From NCBI GenBank assembly GCA_021735655.1, contig JAIPGM010000014.1, positions 1 through 17,036 of the forward strand: a stretch of 17,036 nt of DNA, read 5' to 3'. A model generated the notes under the pieces. It was given only the letters and a program-made list of their open reading frames with translations. It made no database searches and was not told where the DNA came from. The position numbers and the translations under genes were made by a program. Numbering within the stretch: the stretch's first letter is position 1; each line of letters begins with the position of its first letter. This document shows, one piece after another, positions 15,324 to 17,036 of this stretch. This DNA is from Candidatus Omnitrophota bacterium. GTDB taxonomy: Bacteria; Omnitrophota; Gorgyraeia; Duberdicusellales; 4484-171.

Positions 15324-16274
15324 ATGTACAGAGAACAGATCAAAGTTTTAGACTGCACCATTCGTGATGGAGGGCTTATTAACAACCATGATTTTGACCA
15401 TCGTTTTGTGCGCGAAGTTTATAAGGCCATAGCAGCTTCGGGTGTTGACTATGTAGAAATGGGGTATAAAAATTCTAAGAAACTTTTTTCTTCCAAGGAG
15501 TACGGACTTTGGAAGTTTTGTGATGATGATGAAATTCGTAAAGTAATTGAAGGAGTAGAGAGTAAGACAAAAGTCTCAGTGATGGTCGATATCGGCAGAG
15601 TCGAGCTAGATGACGTTAAGCCAAAGTCAGAGAGCCCGGTAGATATGATCAGAGTGGCTTCATATGTAAAAGATATCGACAAGGCGATACATATGACTAA
15701 TCATTTTGCTGATAAAGGCTATGAGACAACGATAAATATTATGGCTATTTCCCGGGATGCCGGAATTGAGCTAGATGAGGCGATCGAACAGATTGAGAAG
15801 GAAAGTAAAGTTAATGTTGTTTATATCGTCGATAGTTTTGGATTTTTGTATCAGGAACAGGTTGAGGCCTTGGTTAAGAAGTTTAAAGAAATTCTTAAAA
15901 CTAAAGAGGTGGGGTTTCATGGTCACAATAACCAGCAACTAGCCTTTTCTAATACGATTGAATCAATTATTCATAATGCTAATTATTTGGATGCTACAGT
16001 TTATGGAATCGGTCGAGCTGCCGGGAATTGTCCGCTAGAGTTATTAATTGGATTTCTAAAAAATCCTAAATATGATCTTCGACCGATTTTAGATTTAATA
16101 TCTAAAGAGTTTGTGCCACTGCGAAAAAAAATTGAATGGGGCTATATTGTTCCTTATGCTATATCAGGGATGATGAATGAACATCCGCGAGCTGCGATGG
16201 CTTTGCGTAACAGCACTAAGAAAGAGAACTACCGAGAGTTTTACGAAAGTCTTGCTGATACCGATTTAGAATAG
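15324..16274 (+). CDS. DRE-TIM metallolyase (HMGL-like) aldolase-family protein, 4-hydroxy-2-oxovalerate-aldolase-like.
   Basis: KVLDCTIRDGG at the N-terminus (metal/substrate Asp), DSFG, HGHNN and GIGRAAGNCPLE blocks characteristic of the HMGL-like barrel. 316 aa, so the barrel plus a short C-terminal region only. Confidence 0.8.
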   Translation: MYREQIKVLDCTIRDGGLINNHDFDHRFVREVYKAIAASGVDYVEMGYKNSKKLFSSKEYGLWKFCDDDEIRKVIEGVESKTKVSVMVDIGRVELDDVKPKSESPVDMIRVASYVKDIDKAIHMTNHFADKGYETTINIMAISRDAGIELDEAIEQIEKESKVNVVYIVDSFGFLYQEQVEALVKKFKEILKTKEVGFHGHNNQQLAFSNTIESIIHNANYLDATVYGIGRAAGNCPLELLIGFLKNPKYDLRPILDLISKEFVPLRKKIEWGYIVPYAISGMMNEHPRAAMALRNSTKKENYREFYESLADTDLE

Positions 16275-16295
16275 CTGCAGCATCTAACTTAGAGT

Positions 16296-16931
16296 ATGGA
16301 TTTAGCACAATTCAAACAGCTTCCGATAATTGGAATATTGCGTGATATTGAGTTGGAGATAGTTGATGAGCTCATTGAAGCGGTAGTTTCTTCCGGCCTT
16401 AAGACAATTGAAATTACCATGAATACTCCGAATGCTGCCAGTTTGATTAAGGCAGCTCAGGCTGCAGCTAAGGGTCGTTTGATGATTGGGGCTGGTACTG
16501 TTTTGAGCAAGCAGGATTCAAAGACAGCTCAGGATTCAGGAGCAACCTTTATAGTTTCGCCGACCCTGGTTGAGGATCTTGTTAATGATTGCTGTAAGAA
16601 GTCAATTCCGGTATTTCCGGGAGCGCTGACTCCTGGTGAAATAAATAAAGCTTGGGTTTGCGGTGCAACTATGGTTAAGGTTTTTCCGGCTAAAGTTTTT
16701 GGCCCCGGTTACTTTAAAGAGATAAAAGGTCCTTTTAAAAATATCGAACTTCTTGCTTGTGGAGGAGTTAACTCAAAGAATATCGGAGAGTTTTTCTCCA
16801 GTGGTGCCTCAGCTGTTGCTTTTGGGGCTAGTATTTTTAAAAAAGCCTGGCTTAAGAGTAGGAATTTTTCAGCGATTGAAAAAGAGATCAAGGAACTTAT
16901 TAAAGGAGATGATACGATAATTGTTCAATGA
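16296..16931 (+). CDS. eda: 2-dehydro-3-deoxyphosphogluconate / 4-hydroxy-2-oxoglutarate aldolase (Eda family, class I).
   Basis: PIIGILRD, EITMNTP, GAGTVL, SPTL, GALTPGEI, Schiff-base Lys in MVKVFPA, ACGGV. About 211 aa. This is the typical KDPG/KHG aldolase barrel. Confidence 0.85.
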   Translation: MDLAQFKQLPIIGILRDIELEIVDELIEAVVSSGLKTIEITMNTPNAASLIKAAQAAAKGRLMIGAGTVLSKQDSKTAQDSGATFIVSPTLVEDLVNDCCKKSIPVFPGALTPGEINKAWVCGATMVKVFPAKVFGPGYFKEIKGPFKNIELLACGGVNSKNIGEFFSSGASAVAFGASIFKKAWLKSRNFSAIEKEIKELIKGDDTIIVQ

Positions 16932-17036
16932 TAGTTGGTGAAAACTCTGGATTATCAGTAGAATAAATAGATAGTCACAGAGTAGATAGGTTATAGGTTG
17001 TATTGTTTTTCTGGGGCTTAATTGACCCCGTAAAGG

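Noticed and set aside
17013-17029. A GGGGC-N-GCCCC-type hairpin (GGGGCTTAATTGACCCC) as an intrinsic terminator after the last gene.
   Set aside because: The stem is short and bulged. No U-tract follows it on either strand; the T-run precedes it on the + strand.
1-17036. Search for CRISPR arrays, IS elements, integrases, tRNA/rRNA genes and prophage features.
   Set aside because: None were found. There are no direct-repeat/spacer arrays, no transposase or integrase-like ORFs, and no intergenic space large enough to hold structured RNA genes.

Overview
This 17 kb window is A+T-rich and very densely coded. It holds 18 intact protein-coding genes, all on the + strand, and several junctions are stop/start overlaps (TAAATG at 752/753, ATGA at 1775-1778 and 9571-9574). 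I see no rRNA, tRNA, CRISPR array, transposase, integrase or large repeat. The calls, in order: a secreted lipoprotein with a beta-sandwich look; an HExxH zincin-like protein; a D-Ala-D-Ala-ligase-like ATP-grasp enzyme; an 85-aa stand-alone EF-Tu-domain-2-like beta-barrel; an AMMECR1-family protein; a rhomboid protease with a SHOCT-like tail; a MarR regulator with a near-consensus sigma70 promoter and a palindromic candidate operator; a TolC-family outer-membrane factor; an RND permease with no periplasmic adaptor gene anywhere in the window; an ABC-F ATPase translationally coupled to the RND gene; a hypothetical protein anchored by a TM helix at each end; a tandem-HD protein with a degenerate first half; MetF; a signal-peptide peroxiredoxin with its own promoter; a 4xCxxC zinc-ribbon protein; an HMGL-like DRE-TIM aldolase; and a KDPG/KHG aldolase. 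The strongest candidate for an undescribed system is the four-gene cassette at 141-3054 (lipoprotein, HExxH protein, Ddl-like ATP-grasp lacking Ddl hallmarks, small beta-barrel ending in -YFE), which looks like a ligase/peptidase pair acting on a small protein or peptide substrate. Second is the MarR-OMF-RND-ABC-F operon, which has no adaptor and a cytoplasmic ABC-F fused into an efflux operon. All family assignments come from motif recognition by eye in the supplied translations; I ran no database search.
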